64,000 nucleotides of DNA. It comes from the human T2T-CHM13v2.0 reference genome, Homo sapiens. How positions within the stretch are numbered: the first letter of the stretch is position 1; each line of letters starts with the position of its first letter. Location of the stretch: NCBI RefSeq assembly GCF_009914755.1, contig NC_060934.1; one strand, given 5' to 3'. Below are positions 30,412 through 44,361 of the stretch, piece after piece. The notes below the pieces were generated by a model, which worked only from the letters and a program-made list of their open reading frames with translations, searched no databases and was not told the DNA's origin. A program made the position numbers and the translations under genes.

Positions 30412-33400
30412 GTACTACAGCTGATGCACAGGTTCATTTTTCTCATGCCTTGTCACAAGCTTGAAAGGCAAAGTATGGTTATTTGCACATAGGCCACCAG
30501 CACAACAGCTTAAAATTAAATGCAGATAGAGCTTTTACTCCGCTTAATGTAATCCAGCCACTGATGAGATATTGCTGTGATTATAGCTGAATGCATAATC
30601 ATAACTAATTTTAGGAAAGTTTGATTGAATATTTTCTGTAAGATTTGTTTTCTGTGAGCAAAGCATTAGCCAATTTATTGCTCTTTAAAATCATACCTCT
30701 ATTGTGAGATTCTGGATAGAAATAGACAAAGAAAGAATACTTGGCTATGGTATAATCCAATACGGGTTCTTAAAATGTTCTTTGGCTTATGTATTGATAT
30801 TCAGCACTAGGAGTATTGAATGACAGTCATGATTTTTTTTATTGTTGCTGAATGGAGGTATAAAACCTACTATTAAAAAATCTTAGCTTGAAATACTTGA
30901 CATGACATAAAATTATCTGGGCTTGATTCATGATGCCTTCTAATCTGAAAAACTGTACCTTTCTATAAAAATAGATAGATTGATTTGATATTATTGCTTT
31001 TAATGTGTATTCTACATCTAGTCCTCTTAAGGAAATTTTAAATTTAACTTGGAACTAAACTAATTTAAAATATCTACATAACTTCAATTATTTTTATCAT
31101 TATTTTGTGACTTTGGGGGAAAACATTACTGTCTTACTTGTACTAACAAACGAAAATTTGGAAATACCCTTGACCAGCAAGTAGTTTGAATATAATTCTT
31201 ATTAACTATAAAGGAAAAACATAACTCACCCACCACACAATAGCAATTGACTTTAAAGTTTGTAATATGCTCAAACTCTTTTTTTTTGTTCTGCACGTAA
31301 TTGTATGAGTATGTTTATACCCAACATTTAAACATTTATTAAAACATACTAGGTTGTTAGGAAGGATTTCAATAATTTTTTTTAATCTTTTGAGTTTCTA
31401 AGCCTTGTTTCTTATCCATTTGTCCAATGAAGTTTCGGCTTGGGAATATGGGGTTTAGGGCAGAAAGATCTGGAACATTCAAGTGCTAACTGGGCACTTT
31501 TTGGCCCAGTGAACTTGGACAAGTTTTTAAATCTCTCTGTGCTGCTATTTCTCTCAAGTAAAAAGAATATAATTCACAGGATTGTTTGGGGGATTTAATG
31601 AAATGTTTGTAAAATACTTGGAAGACTGCTTCAGGCATAGAAAATGTTCAGTCAATGTTAACTGTTATTATAGACACTGTAAATTATAAACTATAGATAT
31701 TTTAAACGGAGAAGAGATGAAAATACAGATTATCAGATTCAGAATATGACATTTTACCATGATACATCAATTCCTCGGGAAACCAAGATATTTTCCCCTT
31801 TCGACGTTTCAGTAACAGGTTTTGAGTAATGGATTCAATATTTTAAAAACATATAGCAGGAAAGAAGTTCTTGTCTTCCAGTAGATCAACACTATGCAGG
31901 TTAGTACTTGGGGATGTGTGGGCTATACCAAACATGTATGGAAATTGATCGTTTTCTGAAGCATAGCAAAAATTTGGAAATTTCTGAGAGAATTCAAAAT
32001 TCACATTCATCATATTTGTGCCACTTGTGGCAAAGATGATTCTAGTTTGATGGTGCTCAGAGTGACAAAGTGTCAGCTTTGGGGATGTAATTGTAGGCCA
32101 TGGGAGAAAGTGACCCTGGACCAATTCAGAATGAACCTCGGTCATCTCTGCCCCGCTCTCCCAGGCTCCTTCCCTTACCTGAAATGTATTGCTACTCTTG
32201 GGAAGTGGAATCAGTCTATGATTTAATTTCTTTGGAATCAAGTTCCCAGAGGATTTTAGACAGACGGAAGGACCCAAAATAGACAATTCTCAATCTGCAA
32301 TGAGTTTAATGATTTCTGGGAGCCGGAAAGAAAACCACCCCCAAATTCAGTGTTTCTCTTAAGGCTACACCCTGATAACTACTAATCTATTGGGAACAGC
32401 AGAGAAAGGGTCCCTTGAAGCAAACATCAGCCTCATTCTGGTCCCAGCTGTCCCGAATCCCTTCTCCCTCACATCACTGTGAAAATCCAATTCCCAATGG
32501 AAAAAGGGTCCAAATGAGGACTGCTATTACACTGGGCACTTTCATAATCCAGTTCCAACAATATTCAGCTCTCCTCTTCCCTGCCTTATTCTGCTTTCTT
32601 TGAAATTTGCAAGCTTACCACCAAATACCAGAGCATTTCCCAGGCTGAGGGCACATGCTGCTCTGCTCTGGGCCCATTACTTAGCACAGTGGTTGGCAGA
32701 GTAGAGAACGCTCCATCACTAGTTTGAAAAAATGAACAAAACACAATGAGCGAGAACATCACACCGTTAGCTGATCTCCACTTGTGAGATCCTTTTCAAA
32801 ATAACAACAACAGGATTATGAGGCTTTTTCCCCCGAGTGGCTGCAAATCTAGGGATATTTGAGAGGCTCAGGTAATCTTACAGACACCATTGGCAAGTCT
32901 CAGTTATCAGTGGGGCCATTTTCTTGCCAGCTTCCTGGTGCCTCCTTCATCTTTGCCCCTTTTCCAACCCTTTTGTGCCCACCTGTACTGTCACTGCACC
33001 TCTCCCCCAAGATGCGGACATTGCCCCAGAGTTTATGGAGGGGGTGCTCTTCAGCTTCCAGGAACTCATGGATTAGTGATACGATATGACCCAATAGGCT
33101 TTTCTAGGCTCCTGGTGCTGATTGCACAAGAGTCTTACAGACAATGGGGCCAGTGAGACCATCTGGAAACAACCACCCAGGGACACCACTGCAGTTCCAT
33201 GCAGGTCACTTTGATACTAGAAGAGATTTGTGGAACTGGCAGACTATTGGAGTGCAGTTGATATTAGGGTGATTCACATGAAAAGTGAGGACAAAGGGGG
33301 AACTTGTTGACCACCAGAGAGAGAAAGACAATTTCTGATAACGCAATTGTTCCCTGGCACAGAATTTATCTAATCAACACAATCCTAGTGAAATCATTAA

Positions 33401-33509
33401 AAAGTCTCTATAAACCCCATTATGATCAATTTACAATCCATTCAGCTGTGTGCACTGCTCTGCCTGGACCCCACACTGACCACAACCCCTCCTTTTCTCA
33501 CCCCCACAG

Positions 33510-33575
33510 ACCCCACCCAGGCTCTCAGCCCTGCCGCTGCCTCCTCAGACAGGGACTCCCAGCCCTGGCACCAAG
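33510..33575 (+). pseudogene. Candidate small exon DPTQALSPAAASSDRDSQPWHQ
   Basis: Strong acceptor cctccttttctcacccccacag|, donor CAA G|gtcagc, 66 nt, phase 1-1, open. Confidence 0.5.
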
Positions 33576-33720
33576 GTCAGCTGGAAATTCCAGGTGTCAG
33601 ATCACAGCTGGATCTGCAGAACTGCCCTGTGATCCCAAGCACCTCTGGCCAAATGCTCAGCAGAAAGCACACCGCCTAGCCCTGTTGCAAGGCCTGCAGC
33701 CCTGAGAGCCACTCTGTACA

Positions 33721-34925
33721 CATGCACACTCACACCCACCACTCACATTCGTTCACATACACACACTCACACAAATACACCTCTCACTCACACCCACCAC
33801 TCACATTCATTCACATACACACACACCATTCACTCACACTCACACCCACCACTCACATTCATTCACATACACACACACCACTCACTCACACTCACACCCA
33901 CCACTCACATTCATTCACGCACACACCACTCACACTCACACTCACCACTCACATTCATTCACATACACACACACCACACACACCACTCACATTCATTCAC
34001 ATACACACACCACTCACTCACACACCCACCACTCACACACTCACCACTCTCATTCACATACACACACCACACACTCACACCACTCATATTCATTCATATA
34101 CACACACACCACTCACACTCACACCCACCACTCACTTTCATTCACATACACACCATTCACACACACTCACACCTACAACTCACATTCATTCACACACACC
34201 ACTCACACTCACACCTACCACTCACATTTATTCACACATGCACCACTCACACTCACCATTCACATTCATTCACATTCACACACACCACTCACACACTCAC
34301 CACTCACATTCATTCACATACACACACACCACTCACACTCACACCCATCACTCACATTCATTCACATACACACCATTCACACACACTCGCACCTACCACT
34401 CACATTCATTCACACACCCACCACTCACACTCACACTCACCACTCACATTCATTCACATACACACACACCACTCACACACTCACCACTCACATTCATTCA
34501 CATACACACACACCACTCACATTCGCACCCACCACTCACATTCATTCACACACACAGCACTCACACTCACACCTACCACTCACATTCACACACACCACTC
34601 ACACACTCACCACTCACATTCATTCACATACACACACCACTCACTCACACTCACACCCACCACTCACATTCATTCACATACACATACACCATTCACACAC
34701 ACTCACACACATCACTCACATTTATTCGCACGCACACACACACACTGTCTTTCATACCACTCACATTCATTCACATACACACACACCCATCACACTCACC
34801 AGTCACATTCATTCACATACACACTTACACTCACCACTCACACACACTCACCACTCACATTCATTCACATACACTCTCACACATTTATTCACAATGTCTC
34901 ACACACACACACACACTCACCACAT
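33721..34925. repeat. About 1.2-kb C/A-rich minisatellite (units such as CACCACTCACATTCATTCACATACACA)
   Basis: Direct reading. It explains the 412-aa His/Thr ORF. Confidence 0.95.
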
Positions 34926-35115
34926 ACGACCAACCTGTTTCATTCACTCCGCCTCCTTGATCCTATCCCAAAGCCCTGCCCTCCTCAGCCCCTGCCCTCA
35001 GTGCTGCCCTCTCCTGACTGAGCTACCAGTTATCTCCTTGCCTAGTCTTAAATCTTCCCTAATTCCTGGCTCCTTATCTCTTATTGTAAATATTCCCCTG
35101 AACACTACAAAACAG

Positions 35116-35193
35116 ACCAAACGCTCCCTCAGACCACCTGCCCAGCACCCGACACCACCTCCCTACCTGAGGCCACCCTGGACATTCCGCAGG
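35116..35193 (+). pseudogene. Candidate Thr/Pro-rich exon DQTLPQTTCPAPDTTSLPEATLDIPQ
   Basis: 78 nt, phase 1-1, open and mucin-like, but splice sites are weak (aaaacag| and |gtgcac). Confidence 0.3.
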
Positions 35194-35398
35194 GTGCACT
35201 GCAGCAGCCTGGGAGGGAGAGTGACTTCAGCCCTGGGGGATACATGGGCAGTGTGTCTGCATCTCAGCTTACTCCAGATTGAGAAGAGGTTGACTTTCTA
35301 CATCAAAGACCAGGAGTTGGGTTTCAGTCACCCTGCCAAGCCCCTCATGGAAATTCCGCTTGCTTCACATCCAAGATTTCTAGCGGAGTTGGTCCTGA

Positions 35399-35761
<363 letters not shown>

Positions 35762-36918
35762 TGAAGCTGCTCTTTTTAAGACACAATGGTACTGGCCTTT
35801 GATTGCCAATCCAGTGGCATCAGCAGCCTCTGTCTTGTCAGCTCCCCCACAGCAGGCCACACTGACAGCTGTCCCTGTGCCCAGACCCTCACTCTCCCTT
35901 GGCCCTGTGGCAGTGACAATGGTCAGATGAAAGCTCTTGTATCTAACCAGAAAGAGTTGGAAACCAGTTTTTAAAAGTGGTTATGTTTATGCTGTGTTTA
36001 TGTGCACTAGCCAAATACCTCCTCTCTCACCAAAGTTACCTCTAAAGCACAAATCCAAAAATGTAAAATTAATTAATTTTACTTAAATAACCCCCCAAAA
36101 GAAAAAAATACATAATAAAAATAAAAACAGGAAAAAACACAAAAAGGGAAAAATGCCTGAAAAAGGACAAACCCATGCGATATTAGAACACATCAAATGA
36201 ACTAAAAAGCATGGTTGAATTTATGTGTAAATTGTAGCTTACTTAAAGCAAATGCCATGATTAAGTACAGATAGCTAAAGATGTGTAATAAAGTATACAG
36301 GCTGACATAAAATTGGAAAAACTGGTACAAACATATACTTGATTAAAAGGAAGAGTCATAAAACCAACTACACACCAAGGCAAGATCTTAAGAAGAAGTG
36401 ATTGCAGGACATGGGTTTCCAAGCTCAGCTGCACAACAGAATCCCGTGGACTGTCGACCATTCAGATTCCCAGGCCCCCTCTGCTGCAGCTGTGAGCCAG
36501 TGGGTTTGGGGTGGGGCCCGTGAGGCCACTGTCTTAGGCCACACTCAGGATCCCTGCTGGGTTGTAACGTGTCTGATGCATCTCAGTTTGCTACAGGAAA
36601 AATGTGGGAGGATCCAGAGGAAGGCTGTGGAACCCATGCTCTGAGAGAAGCACTGTCCAAGGTACACCTGCGACTCAGCAAGAAGGTGAGTCACAGCCAG
36701 ACATTCCCCTTGGCCTTGAGGAGGAGGGGCCGCGGGCAGGTGGGACCTGAAGGGCAGAGGGTGTGACTGTCCCCAGGAATGGACAGTCCCCACCCAGCCA
36801 GGCAAGTCACACATCTCCACAAAGAATGACATCCCAGTTTTATTTCTGCTTAACAAGACAAGGATGCCCTCAGATCTTTGTTTAACTTCATGGTTCTTAT
36901 ACATTAAAGACTGACTTT

Positions 36919-37234
36919 GGCCGGGCATCATGGCTCACATCTGTAATCCCAACACTTTGGTAGGCCGAGGCTGGCGAATCACTTGAGGTCAGGAGTTCAA
37001 GACCAGCCTGGCCAACATGGTGAAACCCCATCTCTACTAAAAATACAAGAAAAAAAAAATTTGCCTGGTGTGGTGGTGCGTGCTTATAATCCCAGCTACT
37101 TGAGAGTCTCAGGAAGGAAAATCACTTGAACCCCGGAAGGAGAGGTTGCAATGAGCCGAGATTGCGCCACTACACTCCAGCCTGGGTGACAGAGTGAGAC
37201 TCTGTCTCAAAAACAAACAAACAAACAAACAAAA
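36919..37234 (+). mobile_element. Alu (AluS-type) with (AAAC)n tail
   Basis: Alu consensus. Confidence 0.95.
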
Positions 37235-38471
37235 ATACCTGACTTAAGGGTCTCTATTTCAGGAGTTCTTAAATGATGGATGTATGATAACCACCCCAAG
37301 AGCTTATTGAACATGCAAAATCCTGGCCCCCATTCCCAGACATGGGATGCACTCCAGGAATCTGCATAATTAGCAAGCCCTCCTAGAGATTCAAATGTCT
37401 CTGCAGCTTGTGTGAGGGTCACACTTTGAGAAGCACTGCCCTGTGGCCACTGGGAAGGGAGAGACAGCAGGAGATCCACCAGTCCCCTGCTGTCCCTCAG
37501 CAGTAAGCCTTGGGCATTTGCTTCTGTCTCCCTTATTACTGGCTCTTAACATGAAGGTAATAAAAATTGCCAGCTCCAAAGTGTTCCCTCTGTGCCAGGC
37601 ATTTTACCTGTATTTGTTTCATGAATCCCCTTTGAGGCAGGTACAGTGATCTCTGACAGATGAGGAAAGTGAGGGCTCAAGTGGCCCATGCGAATTGCAT
37701 AGCTAGCATGTGGGAGAGCTGAGACGCAAACCCAGAGGCCGGCTGTGGCACTCACACTCTGAAGCCCGACCATCCTAGGTGCCTCGCTATCCCCGGAGAC
37801 TCCTGTGGGTAGCCAGTTGGATCATGCCCATCAAAGTACTAAGAGAGGGGAACTGCAGGTGCCAGGTGACAGGAGAGGGCAGCAGCATCTTTGGAAAAAA
37901 AAAATACAATGCTAGTATCTGCTGTGCACTTGCACTTCACCCACACTCAACACTCAACACTGACAATGACATGGTAGAAATTATCCAAGAATCCAAGAGA
38001 GACTTTCTAAGCTGAAATATCAAGAAGCCCAGAGCCCGAGGGCTTCTATCTTCTTAGGTGCAGATATTCTTGCCAGGGTGGGCACTTCTAAAAAGAGCAA
38101 AGCCAAGCCTGACATCTCATCACAGGGCAAACCTAACATGGTCCCATGGATGACCCCACCCAGAACAGGAGGGCCCTAGGAGATCCGACAGTGTTCCCCT
38201 TCTGCCCCCTAACTAACAGCATGACCTTCGGCAAGCTGCTGCCATTGTCAGTATCCTATCTCCTCCCTGGTAACATGGGGACAATAACACCCTACAAGGG
38301 AGTCGTGAGCCTTAAAAAGATGTCAGCTCTACAGGGCTGAGCCCAGTGCCAGGAGCACAGATGGTGCTCAGTAAATAGCAGTTGTTACTGCGACCATGAG
38401 GAGATGGTGGGGAAGATGACTCCCTTCACCAACACTTAAGTGGGGGTTGGGGGGCTGCCTTTCTTCCAAAG

Positions 38472-38786
38472 ACTGGATTGCTGTGCAACTCGTGGAAGGT
38501 TCTGGAAGGTGTTCAGGACGAGTCGAGGTGTATTTTGAAGGCGTGTGGGGCATGGTGTGCGATGACCTGTGGGATGAGAAGGAAGTGCAGGTGGTGTGCC
38601 GGCAGCTGGGCTGTGGGGCAGCCATCTCTGCCCCTGGAGAGGCCCACTTTGGCCAGGGCTCCGGCCCCATTCTTCTGGACGATGTGCAGTGTTCCGGGAT
38701 TGAGGACTACCTGGAGGAGTGCTCCCATGCTGGCTGGTCCACCCACAACTGTGGGCACGGGGAAGACGCTGGTGTCATCTGCTCAG
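38472..38786 (+). pseudogene. SRCR domain exon 1 (group B, 8 Cys), intact reading frame
   Basis: cctttcttccaaag|ACTGG...TCA G|gtaaat, 315 nt, phase 1-1. Reads [35 protein letters not shown]...VVCRQLGCG...LLDDVQC...[14 protein letters not shown]. Confidence 0.93.
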
Positions 38787-40284
38787 GTAAATTTCTATCT
38801 TTTCTGAAAGTTGATTTTTCATTTTTTTCTGATCAATCCCTGAGGCTCCTCGTTTCTCCCTGACATGAGAGAATGCCTTTGTAACATATCATTTCATTAG
38901 TATGAAACTCCCTGTCCACCCAGGTCCTCAACCATTCTTCCCAAGAAAGACACTCACTCTGAAGCTGACTCCTCTATGATATTTATAAAACAGCTGAACA
39001 CTCTAACTCTAACCCCAATCGTCTGTGTCTATTTGAGAAGTCAAAGATAATCATATCGGGAAGAATGCTAGATTTGAAATGAAAAGGCTTAGTCCAGCTG
39101 CAGGAAAGGTACATGGTTTGTGGATCCTGATACAAAACAAAAATGTGGGCCCCCTTTTCAAAAAGTGTTAAGAATTTCAAGACAGAGACAGCAGAGCGTC
39201 AATGGAAGGGCAGGGCCCATGGGACCTGGTTGAGGCTTACCCCAATGAATATTCCTCTATGATTCCCTCTCCCCAAACCTCCTGCCCCCTTGAGTTTAAC
39301 GTGGCATTTTGCACATCATTTTCTCCTTACCTAACAAGTTGAGAATGATCATCACGACAATCATGACAATGCCTTTTACTGTACTGCTGTGAGGACGAGG
39401 CGTCTGTCAGTTCTGATCCACTGTCTTGTCATTCCACAGCCTGAAAAGCAGGCTGCCCACAAGGCTGTGTTGATACTTCTGCTTTTTGAGGAAATCAACC
39501 CTCTAGAGAGTGAGCAGCTGTGTCTCTGATAAACCGACTATGGGTGATGGGGCAAGGTGTAGAATCAGGAGGAGGGGGAACAGGAAGGCTCCTCCTTGCT
39601 GCTCAGCTGCAGACAATCGTGGAGTCAGAGGGGGTGTCTTTCTCTCCCCTACTCCCCTGCCAATTCCTCCCAAACCCAACATGCTAGGAAGCAGGATTAG
39701 CTCCATCACCAAGTGGCCAGGAGCTAAGCATTCAACAATATTTACTGCCAAAGGCTGTAGAGATGCAGCAGTGAATACAACGTCCCCATTCCGTGGGATG
39801 GACTTATAGGTGACTGCCAGCTAGCAGGTACCTCGCCTCTCCTGCCGACTGCAAAGACAAGGGCCTGTTGTGGCTGGGACCTTTCCCACTGCAGGCAGCT
39901 TCATCTCGACAGCAGTTAAGGGGTCAGAGGAGAACTCCAGTCCATTAAACCATCATTCCCAAGGCCTCTCACCAGCCTGCAGGGCAAAGGTGGCCCCAGG
40001 CCCTCCTACCTCCTAGACCACTAGGTCCTGCCTTATGATTGAACCAAGTGGGACACTGTCCAAAGCCCTTCAGGTGAGTCCTCAGCAGGCCTGTGTGGAA
40101 TTTACCTTTGCCTCATGGGGGTGCTCCAGGCCGCCTGGGTGGGCAGAAAGAGGACTCTGCCACTCTCTTGGGCAGCAAGTCCTGCACCAGGCCCCTTGGG
40201 AGGGAAGGTGGGAGACAGGGGCTGAGAACAATCTAGTTAGCAAAGTATTGTAAGTATAAATCTTGCTTCAGGCAATTTAAAAAC

Positions 40285-40478
40285 ACTTTCCATGATTTTG
40301 CCCTCCAGGGGATATTTGGCAATGTCTGGAGACATTCTTGATTGTTACAACTAAGGTGCTACTAGCCTGTGTGGGCAAAAGCCAGAGATGCTACTAAATA
40401 TCCTGCAATGCACAGGACAGTTCCCACCGCAGAACTTTCCAGCCCAAATGTCAATAGTGTGAGGTTAAGAAACCCTGC
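40285..40478. mobile_element. MER20-type hAT element
   Basis: gattttgccctccaggggatatttggcaatgtctggagac...gttaagaaaccctg. Confidence 0.75.
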
Positions 40479-41974
40479 TTCAGAATCAAGCATGTGCAGT
40501 TGAATTTACTGATTGTAATAACTATTTATTAATTAACTGATCATTGATTAATTAACAGTTGCATCAGTAATGAAAGCAAAGTTATCTATTGTTTCTTCCC
40601 CAAGCGTTAGCCTTAGTCTAGTTTCTTTTCCAGTCATTTCCTCTGATTGTCCCCTCTACTGATTACAGTTAATTAAATGTATCCTGTCATTTTTGAGGGG
40701 GATAATCTCATCCCAAGTGAATCTTGAGCAGATTCACTGAATCATTATTGTAGCCTTCACAGGTCATGTGCTCCAAGCATGACAGGTCTCCGAGTGGTGT
40801 CGCCTAAGAGACTGTCTCAAAGCATAACCCTGATGTCAGCCACTGAGCACTGTCGTGTTTCCTGAGTACCTCCTGTTCATTATCCCATTCCACCCTTACA
40901 GCAATTCGGGGGGCTTGTTTTATGAGCCTTGCATTGCAAATAGGGAAACTGGGGTTCAGAGACAAGGTTAAGCAAGGTCAAAGTTAAATGCCTTGACCAA
41001 AGTCCCACAGCAAATATTTAGGTCTCTGGATTCCAAATCCAGTCCTCAGTCTCCTGCGCCAAATGTCGACACTCTGGAAAAATTGCCCTGCACCTAGGCA
41101 AAAATGTTCAAATGTTCAGAGTTGTCTTTGATGCTCTGCCAGTAGCCTCACCCTCCTTACCTACGTCAGGCCTCCGCAACACACTCACACCCCCTAAATC
41201 CTGTCAAGCTCCCCAGGTGCAGGGAACCTCTGTGCTGAACTGCCCTAATTTACTTAAACAGGAGCTGGGACCCACCTTCTTCCATCCTTGAGGATCACAC
41301 TTCCCCCAGTTCCATTTCCTTAAGTGCTCTTCCCCTCCACCTCCAGTGATGTTGAGAGAAAGTCAATGAATGTTAATTGGGGAAATAAGTAATTAACTAC
41401 GTGAGTGAGAGGACTGGATGTGAATGCATTAGTCAGTTCTGCTGTTTTTCAAATACCCCCAAACAGCATGGCCCAGGTTTCCATGCCCTAAGCAGACTCT
41501 CTTTGAAATCCTTTACTTACTTTAAAAAGTCACCCAGTTTTACTTACAAGTTACAATTAAGCCATATTTATTTTAATACAAAAACAAAGTTGTAAACACT
41601 CAACAACATCAGGTACCCTCAGTCCCTTAGGAAGATGCACCTATTTATCCTGTGGGGTCTTCTACCCCATCTCATGGTGAGAAACTAAGAAACCCAACCC
41701 TAGTTGCAGATAGTGGGCTCTTCCTGAGTGGAGTTTACACTAAAATGTGTGCATTTCAATGAATACTGAAAAGAGTCAAAAGATCTTTCCTTCCCAGATA
41801 TGCCCTAAGCCTTTTTGAAGTAATCACATATAAGGAAAATTCCAGGCTGAAGTTTTTGACTGGGGTCTTAGTAATGGGGCAACAGCAGATCCTTCTAGCA
41901 AGTACAGGGCATTCCAGAATTTTTATCATCTCTAATAGACTCAGTTTACATTTAACTTTCTTTTTTTCTCATAG

Positions 41975-42004
41975 AGTATGAAAATGAGCGCTTGCAATCT
42001 TTTG
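41975..42004 (+). pseudogene. 30-nt linker micro-exon EYENERLQSF
   Basis: ttctttttttctcatag| ... TTT G|gtaaga, phase 1-1, open. Confidence 0.6.
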
Positions 42005-42756
42005 GTAAGAATCACACTTTACTATGTCTTTAACAGAATGTCCACTAATGCCCCTAATCCTTTGATTGTATTTACCAGCATAATGCCTTACAAGAGGTTG
42101 GGGAGTGGCAGAAAAAAACAAAACAAAACTGAATTTAATCAAAAAGACTCAACAAGGAAAGAGAAAAAACAGGTAGCTTCCTTGCCTTTAACCATGCAGA
42201 AATCTTTGCTCCCCAAACTGTTGTCTAAATGTATTTTAGAAAATCCTGGAGTGAGGACATGAATATGGTTTAGTAAATTATCATGCAAAAATGTTATTAA
42301 ACTCAGACTAAAGAAAATCCTAACTTTGGACACCCAAATAATGCCTCTAAGGTTGGAAAGGCAGTGACTATGGCCTCAGAACAGAGTCCCTTTCCATCTC
42401 TGTTTGGCAAATTCAGAGATTAATGAGAAAAGCACAGCCTTTATTGTTAACCTGAGTCCTTCAGCATTCTCCTTTATGAGTGCCTCAGGAATATAGTTCC
42501 ATAAGTATTTTATCTTTCTGGCAGAAGATGCATTTGCACAAATAATCCAATTTAAAAGATCAATCTGTACATGACTCAGATGCACAATAAATTTCTCACT
42601 TGTCACTGATCAGAACCTACTGGATTTATTTCTCAAAGCATGCCATTAGCTCAACATCTGCTCCTGGAATCACATACATGCTGACGCTTGCCCAGTAAAC
42701 TTGGGTAGACTATTTTGCATGACAATGATACCTCATTTATTTCTCTCTGCTCTTAG

Positions 42757-42786
42757 ATGCTGAGATCCTAACGCCATTTCCTGGTG
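42757..42786 (+). pseudogene. 30-nt linker micro-exon DAEILTPFPG
   Basis: tttctctctgctcttag| ... GGT G|gtaagt, phase 1-1, open, last candidate exon upstream of SRCR2. Confidence 0.65.
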
Positions 42787-43388
42787 GTAAGTCAAGATTT
42801 TCTAACTTCCTGGCTGATACATCTTGGTGGGTCATTTGCTGCTAAAGTGATGGTTGTATCTCCAACCCTACAAACACTACCAAACAGAATGGTTTCATCT
42901 CAGGATCCCAGTGCTTTCGCTTCACTCATAAATCTCTACAGGTTTTTTTGTTTTTTGTTTTGTGTTAATGCACAGAATAAGGCTCTGTCCTTCTCCCCAT
43001 CCTTCTTTGTCTATGTAACTTCTTCCTACTCCTCTTTCAAGCCTCAGATCCATTGTCATCTCTTAGGGAAGACATCCCCAAATCCCACCCCACTCCATTA
43101 TATACTCTCAAAACATCAAGAGATTATACTGCTTCCTAGCACTTGGCATAGTTGCAAATCTCCGTGTAATTTTAGATTAACATGACTGCCTCCTCCAGAC
43201 TTGCAAACTAGACTCCAAACTCTGTGACAGCCAGAGTTGGATCTGTTAGTTTAACCACAGTATCCACAGTGCTATCTATTCGGCCCTGGTGTGTGCTCAA
43301 TAAATGCTTGTTGCAAGGTGAAACAAATGGGTTAATGAAGAATATGTGCCTTCTGCTAACATGCAGTATTTTTGTATTTCCCCAAAAG

Positions 43389-43703
43389 ACTGGCCACAAT
43401 TGCAACTAGTGAATGGCTCAGGTAGGTGTTCGGGGCATGTGGAAGTTTTCCACCATGGCCAGTGGGGCAGGGTTTGCGACGACCAGCGGGACATGAATGA
43501 AGCTGACGTGGTGTGCCGGCAGCTGCACTGTGGGTGTGCCCTCGCAGCCCCTGCTGAGGCCCAATTTGGCGAAGGCAGAGGCGAATTTCTACTGGATGAT
43601 GTGGACTGTACTGGGAAAGAGAGTTTTTTGGGACAATGTCCTCATGCCGGCTGGGGCCTGCATAACTGTGGCCCCAGAGAAGATGCCAGCATCATCTGCG
43701 CAG
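43389..43703 (+). pseudogene. SRCR domain exon 2 (group B), open frame but with substitutions at conserved sites
   Basis: ttttgtatttccccaaaag|ACTGG...GCA G|gtaatg, 315 nt, phase 1-1. Reads DWPQLQLVNGSGRCSGHVEVFHHGQWGRVCDDQRD...HNCGPREDASIICA. Confidence 0.92.
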
Positions 43704-44189
43704 GTAATGGCCACCTCTCCCTCCACAATGCCGCTCACTACATCTCCACTCACCCCACTGGCAGTGCTTCCACCTATGTAATTGACCATCTGCCACTTGG
43801 GTGAGCCAAAAGTAAAGGCACAGTGGTAATTTGAGAACTTCAACTTGAGCTCAGGAATTTATTAGCCACAAGATGTTGAAATGGATTTTTCACAGAGAAA
43901 AATAGTGGAAGATATTGGTGGTTCCATGTCAAAGCCTAGATGTCAAAATGAATGGTGAAAGACAACAGGAGTCAACAGTGATGTGACTCACTTTCTGGGT
44001 GTGTTCTTTCTTTCTTCAGGTCACTGTGGTGAACTAAGAGACAAAGGTTTTTCCCACTAAAAATTTGCAGTCAACTGAGGGTGACAAAACAAGGAGTTTG
44101 TAAATTAGAATAGCAATAGCTTGTCTTGATTGGGAGCTCAGGCCATGACTGCCAATCACAAGTCTTTAACCAAATAGTCATCATCATGA

Positions 44190-44361
44190 TCAGTCTAGGA
44201 CAGGGTTTAGATCACTCTCTGTTGTAGGTGGACTGTCCTGTGCATTGTAGGCTATTTTGCAGTATCCCTGACCTCTACCCACTAATAACAGTAGCACTCC
44301 TACTCCTGACACTATTGCTAAGTGTCCTTTGGGGGAGTAAATTGTCCCTGAGAACCACTGG
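44190..44361. mobile_element. MER20/MER3-type hAT element fragment
   Basis: ctgtcctgtgcattgtagg...tgagaaccactg. Confidence 0.65.

Noticed and set aside
31843-32286. 147-aa minus-strand ORF, checked as a possible CUB or spermadhesin exon
   Set aside because: No CUB cysteine/aromatic pattern or other recognisable motif. It lies antisense in intron 1 of the SRCR gene.
33722-34960. 412-aa His/Thr-rich ORF
   Set aside because: Translation of a CA-rich minisatellite that lacks stops because of its base composition.
40017-40073. 57-nt exon-like segment with strong donor (TCA G|gtgagt)
   Set aside because: Two in-frame stops in phase 1 and an ambiguous acceptor. I cannot tell a decayed exon from chance without alignments.
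44020-44046. 27-nt open segment after a strong acceptor (GHCGELRDK)
   Set aside because: The donor gttttt is very weak.
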